Shown piece by piece: positions 22,621 to 35,745 of a DNA stretch of 64,000 bases. Within the stretch, counting starts at the first letter, position 1. Each line of letters begins with the position of its first letter. Under the pieces are notes generated by a model, which did no database searches, was not told where the DNA came from, and saw only the letters and a program-made list of their open reading frames with translations. The stretch spans positions 66,893,828-66,957,827 of the forward strand of contig NC_068983.1 of NCBI RefSeq assembly GCF_001194135.2, read 5' to 3'. The position numbers and the translations under genes were made by a program. This DNA is from Octopus bimaculoides. Lineage: Eukaryota.

Positions 22621-25600
22621 CTAACATACATCAGTTTCTACTTTTAACTGAATTGTATCTTATGTATCTTACCATTTCCCAGATTATCTTTAACTCTATA
22701 ATTGACAATACATGTTACATAGTTCTATAGATCCTTTAATCCTTTATTCATGCAAAATACAGTTCACATTAAAAGTACAAGTGTGTAAGCAACAGCAGAA
22801 CAGACATTTGTATATTAACATGAAAGATTAACAAGCATGTCAAAGCGAAATAAGAATTCTTCAGTTTGGCTCATCTGTCTTTTCGCAAAATTTCTTCTTT
22901 ACTTCATCTCATTTATGACCAAGTCAGCATTTAAGTAATGGTTTATTTAAGAGATACTTCTGTGAATGATGGACAAATATAATTGGTAAACTGATTTCAT
23001 ATTCTTCAACTCACAGTAAATCTTATTTCCCAAGATAATAAAGATAGATTGTTGTATGTTTAAATTCAAGTAAATGTTAAATTTCAGCTTAGCAATAAAT
23101 TGTTGCATCTTCTTGTTTGTACTAGTAGTACCAAAGCTATTAATGCAGGAAATTTCTCCTGCTGTATTCTGTAGACAAATATACCTAACATGCAAAACAG
23201 CTGCAACTATACTGAGCTGTTTACAGAATATGCATCTTTTAACAAATTCCTTCAGTCTGTTCAGAAAGCAGCTTCAATTTTGAATAGGCCATGCTTGAAT
23301 GCATTGTTGCTTTCAGACATTGTATTATATCAATTTGTAGTGGAAGTCAGTTTTCTATATCTGTCAACAGCTTGTGTTCAACATAAAAGATATGTGAAAT
23401 TCTTACATCTTATTTTAGCAATTAGTTCATGTTTAGTTATTGCTTTCTTTAACTATCTATTATACTTGGTTGCCTTAATCTTTAAAGGTAAAATAGCATG
23501 ATTTTTATATTTATTTTGCAGTGTTGAATCGTAGAAAGAAATTAAAGTTTAAAATGGTTAGAATAGTTATCAAATTGTTTAACAAGATATGTAATGCTAG
23601 TAATAATTGAGGTTAGATGTGATAGAAGCAGACCAGATAAAAAAAAATATCACATTAAACCTTACAAATAAGATTATAAAGAACTGATTCATGTGAAGTG
23701 TGTAAAGTTAGATATGAGAAAATCGAAAACACCTGAAATCATTTTAAAATATTAATATATTATTTTGAAAATAAACGTTGTATAATTATAAATATCTACT
23801 TTAAAAAGCATGAAATGCTTTGTACACATTTACATGAAGCTTGTGATTTAGTCTGAAAAAACTGGAATCCTTGCAGCAATCTTACAGTTGGCATTAAAAT
23901 GTTTTATATACTTAACTCACTATTAAACATTGTACAATTGACTATAGATCAAAAACAATATTTTACCAACTAGTGTACCAATATTTTTGTTACACATTAC
24001 AACCAAATCAGCATCAGTTAACATTTCTGCCCCTATTTTGTGCTGCAGCTTTTTTTTTTTTTATCAGTTCTTAATTTCTACTCCAATTATTCTTGCTGAC
24101 TATAATGTTACAAACTGAAGATCTCATCTGCTATAGTATATTGTATCTTAATATATAAATCATTTCTTTTAAATTATTTGTCACTCTATCTTAGAAATAT
24201 AATCAATACAAAATTCCTTTGTTGAATTGACAGTAGAGTTTACTTGTAAACATTGAATTACATCAAAGATAGTAAGCTCTATTGGCATTTGCTCAAAAGG
24301 AATTTTCATCCATAAAAACATGCATCCATAGGGTTGTGAATGTGATTTTGCATGCATGCTGTGCATTAATATATTAGTTTCTATCTCTTTCTCTCTCTCA
24401 CACATACACCTCTCTTCTCTCTCTTGCCCCCTACCTTTCTCATTGCTGCTCTCTCTCACTATCTGTGGGTTTACATATAATTTTATTGAAATAAATGCTA
24501 GACCTCACTAATTCTGACATGATTATGTACCCACTGTCTGACTAGAAATCCATATAAACCAACTTAGAATACTAATATAGAAGCAAATCAGAAATCATTT
24601 GGGAAAACACTTTGCTGTTACTTCTAGTGACGCTGTATTTTTAGTCATGTCAACACCCAGCTGTTGAAAAATATTTAGCCATTCCCAAGTGCACTTTTAA
24701 CTTACAGCTCAGTTGATCATTAATATGTGTGTGTGTGTGTGTATGTGTGTGTGTGTACTTTCTCCCCCCCCCCCATGCATGCACACACACATGCACACAT
24801 GTATATATATATATATATATNNNNNNNNNNNNNNNNNNNNNNNNNNNNNNNNNNNNNNNNNNNNNNNNNNNNNNNNNNNNNNNNNNNNNNNNNNNNNNNN
24901 NNNNNNNNNNNNNNNNNNNNNNNNNNNNNNNNNNNNNNNNNNNNNNNNNNNNNNNNNTATATATATTGTCTAATGTGCAGCCAACTGCTGATAAACTATC
25001 AATAAATAGTTATATATATTTATGAATTAATCAATACATTTATTTAAATACTTTCAAATGTTTTTCTTTTCTTTCTATTACAATTGGTAGCTAATGAATA
25101 TCTTAGATGGATTTCTGCACAGCAACATAATAAACCAGAAAAGGTTATTAATTTTAAGTGAACAGTTTTGAAAGTATACTAAATAGTGAATGTCACATAA
25201 ATTAGACTGATCTGCAGCTTTAATTTAGCTGACTTATTTGGCTGTAATGGATGACAGAGTCTAAATTGTAATAGAGTTTTTGAGCATTAATAGAAAGATA
25301 GAAAGCATCTTCAATTGAAATGCTATAAAACATGTACTCAGTCTCAGTGACAGCTATCTCAAAGATAGTTAGCATTAATCCTGTATTAAGTATCGGCTCA
25401 CAGGTCTAAAGGTGGTCATCTTGTATGTCTACAAATTAATATCTAATGATGAAACTGATACCTGGATAGCTTCAGACAATAACTTATCTACATTTTTTTA
25501 TGGACATGGCTTTTATTATTTTAATGTTCTTGACTATTAAGTCATTGATTCTGTTTTGATATACACTATTTTGAGCAGTATATTCACCAATCTTCAGATC

Positions 25601-27066
25601 TCTCAGTTAGGTTTGAACTTTAAACCTTTATTTCTACACAATGACATGGTTGCCCAATTAAGTAAAACTTTTGTTTCGATCCTATTTATGAAATTATCAT
25701 TAATATGATTCAAAATACCTCAGAAAACTCAGTTCATGGCAATATAAAGATATCTCGTAAATATAAGATTCTTTTCAAAACATTGACGATATGAAATCTA
25801 TTTTCCCAAAGTTTTTCAAGAAATCAAATGGAAACACTATTTACTAATATTAATGTACTCAGTCATCAGTTACTTCTTTCCTGTGTTAGTTTTGTTAGAA
25901 CATCAAATATGATCTGCCTTCTTTCCCAAGTATTTGTGTAGTTTTACTTCTGTTAAATACCAAAAGAAATATTTAAGTGAATGACAGTAATGGACAATAA
26001 AGTTAATTCTTCAACAGCTGACAGCATAACTTAAACTTCCCTTCTTTTTGTACCATGAATCATTTCTACTGTAATAACCATAGTCCATCATATTATAGCA
26101 ACAAGGATTTCTTGAGTTTTAAGCATCTAACCACCAGCTATGTTGATTGCTATTTCTCACTAAGCTTCTTACTGGACTTGCAATCTTTTTGCTAGTTTCT
26201 CCATACGAATGGGATGGAATATGACAGTAGCAACAACAATAAAGCAAGAGCATCTATTGACTAGACTCTTCATATTCCTAGCTGCTATCAATAGTAATTA
26301 ATTTAGAGACATCGATATTTTCATTATATAATGTTTAACTAAGGAATTTATTGGTCTTTGAAACAATGAGTCTGTGTTTTATTCAGAGAAGCTAGGAAAA
26401 TTCAATCTTGTGAAAGTTTCCGTCAATTTTTAAAGATCCCAGGCAATTTCATTTTTTTTTTTTCCTGAAAAATATATTATGTTGATTTTATTTCTGTTAG
26501 CTCATATGTACTTAGGTTCTTACATTTCATGATGTATGCTAAACAATTATCAGTTACTTCTTTTTCAAATTTTTTACAGTATCCTTGCTTGTCAACAAAT
26601 TTTTCTACCATAAGATATTACTATTCTAATAATTTTTCTTATGTGCAGTAAGTTTTCTAGCTTTGATATAAAATTGGAGAGACAAATCTTACTTAACCAT
26701 CTATATAATAATCTGCTTGTTCATTCACCTGTTGGAAGTAGAATGAGTGAGAGGTGGAGTAAAAGTGAAAGAGGGAGGGGGAGTGTAAGTTGAGAAGAAA
26801 GAAGTAAGGAAAAAGTAGAGAAAGGTGTATAATAAGGCCAAATGCATCATGTGGTTAATTGAAGGGAGAGGCAAAGAGAGAGAAAGAAAAAGATGGTGAG
26901 AGGAAAGAGGGCAAGAGAAATGTTATTGACATGCTGTAGGGAGGGGAGGGAAAGGTAAAGAGAAAGAGATATGTTTAGGGATACAATATCTAGCAGAGGG
27001 TAATGTTCTGATGGTGAGGTTAAAGAAAGGCAGATAGAGAGAGAGATGAACAAGGGTGGCAGTTAC

Positions 27067-27102
<36 letters not shown>

Positions 27103-27865
27103 TGACAGCATTTGTATTGTTAGAGTAGAGATACATCAACAGCAAGAAAAAGTAGATATAAATAAACAGGAATGAAATGAAATGAGCTTTGTTACTGAAA
27201 ACTATAGTGATGATTATGATGGTGGTGGTGCTGTGCTGATAGTGAAAAGAATTTTTTTATATTGAACTAAATCTATTATATCACTCTTCTACCTGTTCAT
27301 TCACGCCTTACACTTTAGTTTGTTAGAGAGGAAGAAGAGGTGGAATGAAAGAGAGGAAAAAGAAATGTGAGAGTGAGAGAGCAGATAACCAGCCGATGCA
27401 TTATGTTATCATTCATGTGGTTAGTGGAAGTGAGAAGAGAAAGAGAGAAATGTTAAAGACATGAAGAGGGAAATTACATTGTTAAAATGTTTGTTGAAGA
27501 GGTAGAAAGAAAGAGAGAAACATTAAGTGCTTAGCTGAGAGAAATTTTAAAATCATATTATTGTGACTTGACGTGAAATAACTTAGCAAAATAAAAATAA
27601 GAATGCGAATCATCCTTTCTTTCTTAAATAGTTTCTCTTAATCTTTTTCATTCTGTGGAATTTCCATGGGCTCCACTAGTAATATTTATGTTAGCACTTG
27701 CCAAAATCACTTTAGAAATTAAAAATAAAATTTATCTGAGTTGAAATCAATTTTCAGTATTTAAATTAAATGTATAGTCACTTGAATTGTGTGTATGTGT
27801 ATGTGTGTGTGCGTGTGCATGTGTGTGTGTGTGTGCGTGTGTGTGTTTGTGTGTGTGTGTGTATT

Positions 27866-28170
27866 GCGAAGGCACAGGCTTAGTGACAGGGGTATTTGGT
27901 TCACGATTGTATGGTCATGAGTTCCCAGCATCACACTGTGTCCTTGAGCAAGACACTTCATTTCACATTGCTCCACTCCACTCATCTGGTAAAAATGAGT
28001 AGTACCTGTAATTCAAAGGGCCAGCCTTATCACATTCCGTATCATGCTGAATCTCCCTGAAAACAACAATAAGGATACATGTGTCTGTGGAGTGCTCAGC
28101 CACTTGCACATTAATTTCACAAGCTGGCTGTTCCATTGATTCAATCAACTGGAAATCTTGTCTTAACCGA
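27866..28170 (+). mobile_element. tRNA-type SINE (family B)
   Basis: GAAGGCACAGGCTTAGTG head; GTGTCCTTGAGCAAGACACTT core; GTGTCTGTGGAGTGCTCAGCCACTTGCAC 3' body; follows (TG)n. Confidence 0.75.
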
Positions 28171-28599
28171 CAGAGTACCAGTTTATATGTATTACTTTCC
28201 TTGCTTTTTCTCATTTTTCCCTTTTTCCTCTTCCATTCTTCCCTCCTATTTTCCTTCCTCCACCTTTGTCATACTTCCTCAATATTGTCACACTTTCTGA
28301 TTAGAAAACTATAAATAATGTTAAACCCCATCAATTTTCCTGTCACAACCTACCCGAAGATCTTGTGCACCTACAGGTGGAACTCAGAGTAGCAAGAGTG
28401 ACTTGACCAAAATAAAGAGTTATTAGTCTTTCCCATGATACTGAGCATTCTTTTTTCCAACAGTCCACACTAAATGGATAACTATATCTATGTGTGTATG
28501 TGTGTGTTAAAATCATAAAGGGTTTTCTTTAAAATGATGCTGTCAACAATTGGAAGAAGGATCACATTATCAGTTTATGTATGAAAATCTTTTATTGTT

Positions 28600-29830
28600 C
28601 ACTAAGTGACCAGCCCCTTGTTGCCAGGCAATTTTTCCTCTAGAATGTTTTATATAATTTTTTGTTTATTACATGTCAGACCATGCATGCCATCCTTGAC
28701 AGATAGGCATCTTGATCAGGACAGATTTGTGCAATTTTTCACAAAAAAATCTTTGTTGAGGATTTTTTTCCATTTTAAATTATTTACATGTCTGTTCAAC
28801 TGTTTCACATGACTTTATTCATTAAAACTTATTAAAACTTCGGAAGTCCTTACAACTTTGGTCAACATTATACTTTGCTTTCGTTTGTTTAATAAAATCT
28901 CTTCCTCATAGTGATTTTGCTTTCATTTTGTGATAGCTATCAGGCAAAAAATGCCAGCTTCCAAATCCTGTTTTCTGATTAGGTAAAATTAATTAAACTT
29001 TAAACCTCAGTAACATTTTTCTGCAATTTTTCTGGAACAAATAAATAACAAAATCAGATTTAATGTGGAAAATTATTTCAATATACCAAATTTGAAAATT
29101 TTGACGTAAGTTTAAAATTTCACAATATGTGACAGCAACAGGGAAGACCCTACAACAATAGAGAGACAGACAGTTGCACGTTGACACACACACACACACA
29201 CATTTACAAATGTACACACAGGTGATCACATGTTTAAAATGGTGCATAGTAGACTTATGTATATATGTATGTGTGTATGTGTGTGTCTGTGTGTGAATGC
29301 TTCTTTGTGATGGACAGTAGAGAAGCCACCTATCCCCTCTCTCCTTAAAACTATGTATTCCCCACACCCACCTTTCTTTCCCTTCTTAGGCATTTCAAAA
29401 GTTTGTTATGTGTATGTTTGTGTGTGTGTGTGTGTGCGCATGTATCTATGTATTTATGAAAGTATGTATGCAGCGTTATGTGTATATCCATGAATGACAG
29501 CTGTATTAATGCTACAATCCCACTGTCACTCCATATTTGTCGCTTACTCAATGCTGTTCTCCCCTTCCCTGATATCAGCCACACTCACTATGCTACCACA
29601 TTTTCCTCACACTAACACTCTTTACATTCTTCTCATTTTATCAAATAATAGCCCAACCCTGCTAGGGGGCCCATTATAGATTTTTATGGATATCCAATTT
29701 GCCTATAATTGAACTGGATGTTAGTTTAACATGTATGTAAAGTTTTGACAAGATTGGTTCACTGGTGTAGGCAGCAAGATGGTAACAGGCTGATTGACAG
29801 ACAGAAATTGCCATTTATGTATAAGATTAA
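28600..29830 (+). mobile_element. Possible non-autonomous Helitron/DINE-1-like remnant
   Basis: 5' ACTAAGTGACCAGCCC..GTTGC; 3' AAGTTTTGACAAGATTGGTTCACTGG..GACAGACAGAAATTGCC..ATAAGAT; internal microsatellites. Confidence 0.3.
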
Positions 29831-30361
29831 ATCATTGCAAACTGCTTTCCTTGTCTATTGTTTTAACTTTTGATGCTGATAACTGATGTTGACTTTGCGT
29901 GTCCTTTTCTTGAGTCACTAAAATAAATATCAGATTTTTAGTGGGGCCAGTTTGATTAATCATATACATCCCTCCAAATTTGTTGTGTCATTATTTTATG
30001 AAGATGATTTAGTTTCATAACATAGTCAGAAATCTGAGAGAAAGCTATGATTAATTAAGAAGTTATCTAAAAATGAACTACCCAGCTTCAATACAAGTTA
30101 AATTTGTGTAATAGAAGTGGGCAAGTCACCTATTTCTTTGTTAAGTGTTTTTAAATTAATTTGTTTGAAAGAACGATTAAGCAATCTGCAATGGATGTCT
30201 TNNNNNNNNNNNNNNNNNNNNNNNNNNNNNNNNNNNNNNNNNNNNNNNNNNNNNNNNNNNNNNNNNNNNNNNNNNNNNNNNNNNNNNNNNNNNNNNNNNN
30301 NNNNNNNNNNNNNNNNNNNNNNNNNNNNNNNNNNNNNNNNNNNNNNNNNNNNNNNNNNNNN

Positions 30362-30410
<49 letters not shown>

Positions 30411-30595
30411 CGTTCTCAATATTTTTTCTGTTTGTCTGACTCTTACCTTCTCTCATTTCTTTTCCTTATGTGTAAGTCATTAAATACTAGGTAGGTGGTA
30501 ATATATCAATGACTGAAGCTTTAAAATTGAAAGTAGGCTATTTTTTCTTACTTGCTTTGTTCTCTTTTCTCCTTTCTTTCCTTCTAATTAGCTGT

Positions 30596-30682
30596 AGTAT
30601 TTCTTTATTATTGTACATTATTATAGTATTTCTTTATTATTGTACATTATTACAGTATTTCTTTATTATTTTACATTATTAC
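30596..30682. repeat. 29-bp tandem repeat x3 (AGTATTTCTTTATTATTGTACATTATTAT)
   Basis: Seen directly. Confidence 0.9.
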
Positions 30683-31425
30683 TCTATCCATGAGCAACAG
30701 ATTAAGTTCCCGTACTATGTTAAATGCTTTAATTTTGTATTTCATCACTATAAGGTTAATAAACTAAGTATCATTTATATACCTGAATCCAATTTGTTAT
30801 AACCATAACTTTTGTAACCTTTGTAAAAATATTATAATAAAAGGAGGAGGAAGAAATTATCAGAACAATGATAAATGACTGACGCCTTACTTTCTAATGC
30901 TATATTTCACATTCATATGTTCAAATACTGAGAATATACTATGCCGTTTACCTTCATAACTTGAGCTCTTCCTTTATGGACTTCCCCTAAAGAAAAATAG
31001 CCTTGTTCCTCACCAAAAGAAACTGCAATTTCTTTGCATATGTATTTGCAGTTGTTTTAGTGTAGCAATAATTATTGGGTGAATTGATATCACAGCATGG
31101 TTTCATTTCTTTGTACTAATCATCACTCTACTTTACTTACATTACTAATGCTCTGAGTAAAATTTTGAATATCTTAACTCCAAATTTTTTTCTTCTAAAA
31201 GTGTCTTATCCAACTATTTAAGAAAAATATTTTCACATGTTTCTTTATAGCTTTTCTCTGTAGAATGTAAAATGTAAAAAACTGATTTCAAGATTTTCAA
31301 ACTATTACTTTTAGTGGTCCATAAGTGAAGCTCAAAAGTAGCTTATAGCAATTTAGCTCTTTGATTTCTTTCCCACGTCCATTGTAAATTTTGTATTCAT
31401 GTCTGTAAGCTAAAAACCATTAGTT

Positions 31426-31467
<42 letters not shown>

Positions 31468-32977
31468 TTTATAATCATGTTCATACATGATTATACTTGG
31501 CACATAATCATCATCTTCATTTTCACAATCACCACCAATATCCTCATCAATAGCTGCAGCATTTGCTTTCTGTTCTGACATCAGTTAGATGGGTTTTTTC
31601 TGCTTTTCTAGATAAGATAGAAGGCTACATCTTGCTCAGTAAGTTTCATTTTTAGCTAGGTTTCTTCAGGCTAGATACCACTCCTAAGACCAGCAATTTT
31701 TACATCGTATACCAATTGAATTTTTCAGGGCACCAGCACTAGAGAAGTTGCTGTATCTTTGACAAAATTAAAGTGTCCTTCCAACCCTAGACTTGACAGA
31801 GAGAATAAAACTGAGACAGTGACAATAGAAGTCAGATTGCTTGAGGTGGATAAATGATGAGAGTGGTTGATGGATGTTGATATCAAGTGGCCAGTGGGGA
31901 ATATAGATGGAGTGCATGAAGTTCATGCAGGACTGATGAAATCTGTTAAGTATATATCTCAAGATGTTAAATGAGCTAGCATGATATGGATAAGAGATGG
32001 AAGGTGAAGTGTTGGAAAGAGGTTCAGACAAGTTGTATGGCATCCTTAACCACACTGGGGGCAATGTTACAGTGAATCAAAGAGATCTACTACTGTCTTT
32101 AGTTACATCAGCAACATAATACAGTGAGAGTGAGAAGAGACAAGAATGATTGAGAAATGAACAATAGGGGCATAATAGCTAGAGGCATGACTCAAAAAGG
32201 TAGAGGCAAAAGAGACATGGACAGTAGTGGTATGAATGATAGACAAGTGATAAGAAGGATATGTAATAAGAAGAATGACTGCTGTGTGTGTTTGAGAGAC
32301 AAGAGATACCCAAAGAGGCTAAAGATAACCTTGACAGTATCTACATATATGATGGCATATACCTACATACTTGGAGGCACAATGGTCCAGTGGTCAGAGA
32401 GCAAGGAATCCTATGAAAGGCTTTCTCTAGGTCAACAAATGCAAGGTATATGGGCTTATTCTGTAAATATTCCCCAAAACTTAAAAAACAGCCTAGATTC
32501 AATCACTCTTCTAGTAGTGTCTTACAACACGTTAAGAGTCTACAATGAATAGGTTTCAGTGAGTTAATAAACTTTTTCTAAGCACCTATTGAACTCAGGC
32601 ACTTTGTAACTTTGGAGTTTGCTATATTTCATAATGTATCCGATAAGCTCTTACTCATGCTTTCTAATATTTAATAGATTTATTTTTCAATGTTTTTATG
32701 ACAGGTTTTCTTTTCTTTTTCCCAAAGTTATACAACTTTATAATAAAGCAGACAGCTTTATTATAATATACATTATAATAAAGCTGTCTGCAGACGAGAA
32801 GAGGGAATTTCTGAATATTACTAATCAAGGATTACTAACTCTTTGCTTGCCAAGATACAAAGCAATTCAATCTGTCAATATCATAGAAATTATATAGCTT
32901 TAGAAATAAAACATATTTTCTCTGTTGGTTAGTTGATTCATGTATCACAAACTTTAACTTTACTTATACTTCACCAT

Positions 32978-33013
<36 letters not shown>

Positions 33014-33037
33014 TTAGTTACATATGTATATGTATAG

Positions 33038-33205
33038 AGGCACAAGTATGGCAGTGTGGTTATGAAAATTGGTTCAGGACTACAGGGTTAGGAGTTTTGC
33101 TCAACAGTGCAGAAATTGTTGGTGAATGTTCTCTATTTTAACTGAGGTTTGATCAATACCTTATAAGTAAAATTGGGAGACAGAAACAAGAAGAAGCCTG
33201 TCATA
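33038..33205 (+). mobile_element. Degenerate tRNA-type SINE (family C)
   Basis: GGCACAAGTATGGCAGTGTGGTT head; ends GACAGAAACAAGAAGAAGCCTGTCATAT; follows (TG)n. Confidence 0.55.
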
Positions 33206-33529
33206 TTTATATAGATATGCACAATATTACTAATCAAGGGTTTCTAATTCTTTGCTTGCCAAGATACAAAACAATTCAATCTGTCAATATATATATATAG
33301 CTTTAGAAATAAAACATAGCACACATCTAACTAGCATTCATCTAAACCTCTCCTTTCAGCACAGATCATAATTACCTACTTATTTCATTTCATTATTCTA
33401 TCTATTTCATTATCTATGTAAACACAGTTTCGCCTTCCATGCTGTATGTTTAGAGGGGAAAAAAAAAACTTAAGATTCCTTCGCTTGATCCAACTCCCCC
33501 CTCTTTCTCCCTCTCTTTCACGCTCATTT

Positions 33530-35745
33530 ATTATTATTATTATTATTATTCAGAAAAAATAAGAAAGGGGTATAGAGCCCTTTCTCCTTTTACATTACCT
33601 TTTTTTTTTCTACAGGTGTATTCTCAGAATTGGTCCGTTTATACTGGCCATTCTTCCAACAGTCACCCATCTTTCAACAAATTTGCTGAGACAGCACTTT
33701 CCTCTCTACTCTCATCTTCTTTTTCAAGTGGAACTTGAAAAAGTTGATGAGGCCTTGGCCAAATAGGAAAGTGTCTGACTTTAGCCCTTTCAAACGAGTC
33801 CACCATATCNNNNNNNNNNNNNNNNNNNNNNNNNNNNNNNNNNNNNNNNNNNNNNNNNNNNNNNNNNNNNNNNNNNNNNNNNNNNNNNNNNNNNNNNNNN
33901 NNNNNNNNNNNNNNNNNNNNNNNNNNNNNNNNNNNNNNNNNNNNNNNNNNNNNNNNNNNNNNNNNNNNNNNNNNNNNNNNNNNNNNNNNNNNNNNNNNNN
34001 NNNNNNNNNNNNNNNNNNNNNNNNNNNNNNNNNNNNNNNNNNNNNNNNNNNNNNNNNNNNNNNNNNNNNNNNNNNNNNNNNNNNNNNNNNNNNNNNNNNN
34101 NNNNNNNNNNNNNNNNNNNNNNNNNNNNNNNNNNNNNNNNNNNNNNNNNNNNNNNNNNNNNNNNNNNNNNNNNNNNNNNNNNNNNNNNNNNNNNNNNNNN
34201 NNNNNNNNNNNNNNNNNNNNNNNNNNNNNNNNNNNNNNNNNNNNNNNNNNNNNNNNNNNNNNNNNNNNNNNNNNNNNNNNNNNNNNNNNNNNNNNNNNNN
34301 NNNNNNNNNNNNNNNNNNNNNNNNNNNNNNNNNNNNNNNNNNNNNNNNNNNNNNNNNNNNNNNNNNNNNNNNNNNNNNNNNNNNNNNNNNNNNNNNNNNN
34401 NNNNNNNNNNNNNNNNNNNNNNNNNNNNNNNNNNNNNNNNNNNNNNNNNNNNNNNNNNNNNNNNNNNNNNNNNNNNNNNNNNNNNNNNNNNNNNNNNNNN
34501 NNNNNNNNNNNNNNNNNNNNNNNNNNNNNNNNNNNNNNNNNNNNNNNNNNNNNNNNNNNNNNNNNNNNNNNNNNNNNNNNNNNNNNNNNNNNNNNNNNNN
34601 NNNNNNNNNNNNNNNNNNNNNNNNNNNNNNNNNNNNNNNNNNNNNNNNNNNNNNNNNNNNNNNNNNNNNNNNNNNNNNNNNNNNNNNNNNNNNNNNNNNN
34701 NNNNNNNNNNNNNNNNAAGCGGTAATAGATGACGGATGCGATGTACGCATTCGCCACCTCCGCTCGACCTTTCAAGGAAAGCTTCCTCTCAGCCCATTTC
34801 TGGGTGAGGTTGGCCACCCTGTTTGTCACTTCTTCCCAGTTTTTCTCCAACTGGAGGTCCGGACCGAACCAGACACCGAACAGTTTAACAGTTCCGTCTG
34901 TCCAGCACCCTACAACGCTGTTGGATGGCATGGACTTGCCCCTCCAGGTGCCTAGTTGCAAGCCCACTGACTTTCCGCGTTAATTTTCGCACCTATCACT
35001 GCTTCATACTCATTTAGTGTCTCGCCAATCAGGTCAATATGCCTGTGGCTCAACACCATCATGGGATGTGGCAGATACGCTCCTCCCACATCTCAGATCG
35101 CGCGGGACACCCGTCAAAGCTTCCAACTTCCACAGTAATGGCTCGAGAGTCAATACATACAGAAGGGAGGAGAGAGGATATCCTTGGCGAACCGAACGCG
35201 AGATGTTGAATGGTTCCGATAGATGGCTGTTCACCCGTATGACCGAGCAGATGCCGCTGTATAAAGCAGCTATCCACCCGCGGAAGACCGGACCGAAGCC
35301 AGCTGCCTTGAGAACAGCTGCCAGGTATTGATGGTCGACCCTATCGAAGGCTTTAGACTGATCTAAATTGATCAAAACCCCACCCACGCCNNNNNNNNNN
35401 NCCCACCCTCTCTATGATGTAGTGCATGAGATGGAGGTAGTCGTGGATAGACCTGGTCGGCACGGCGCATGTCTGTGCCTTGCTGATCAGTTTGCCCACG
35501 ACAAGCGCCAATCTCTTCGCTAGCACCTTGGTCAAAATCTTCAACTCTGCATTGAGCAGAGTGATGGGCTTAAAGTTCCCTATAATGTCCCCCTTGTTTG
35601 GGTCCTTTCTTAGCAAAGCCACCACTCCTCGACAAACAAAAGCAGGAATTCTCCTGTTTTGTTGCCAGTTGCAGTAGACGTTTGCCAAGGCGCCCGCAAA
35701 CAAGTCTGGCATTGACGTATAAAGCTCGTAAGGCAATCTAATCTT
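33530..35745 (-). mobile_element. 5'-truncated Tx1/L1-clade LINE (RT to 3' end), interrupted by gaps
   Basis: PYELY..LLRKDPNKG..FKPITLLNAELKILTKVLAKRL; LDQSKAFDRVDH..VRQGYPLSSLLY; LFGVWFG..KLSLKGRA; WWTRLKGL; (TAA)n tail. Confidence 0.92.
33810..34716. other. Largest assembly gap (others: 3273-3407, 5350-5577, 24821-24957, 30202-30361, 35391-35401, 54213-54524)
   Basis: N runs; responsible for all poly-X ORFs in the track. Confidence 1.

Noticed and set aside
33663-34967. Long 358-434 aa ORFs, and other poly-X ORFs at 3208, 5128-5681, 24713, 30117, 54181
   Set aside because: Artefacts of translating through N-gaps; the real coding parts belong to the Tx1 LINE.
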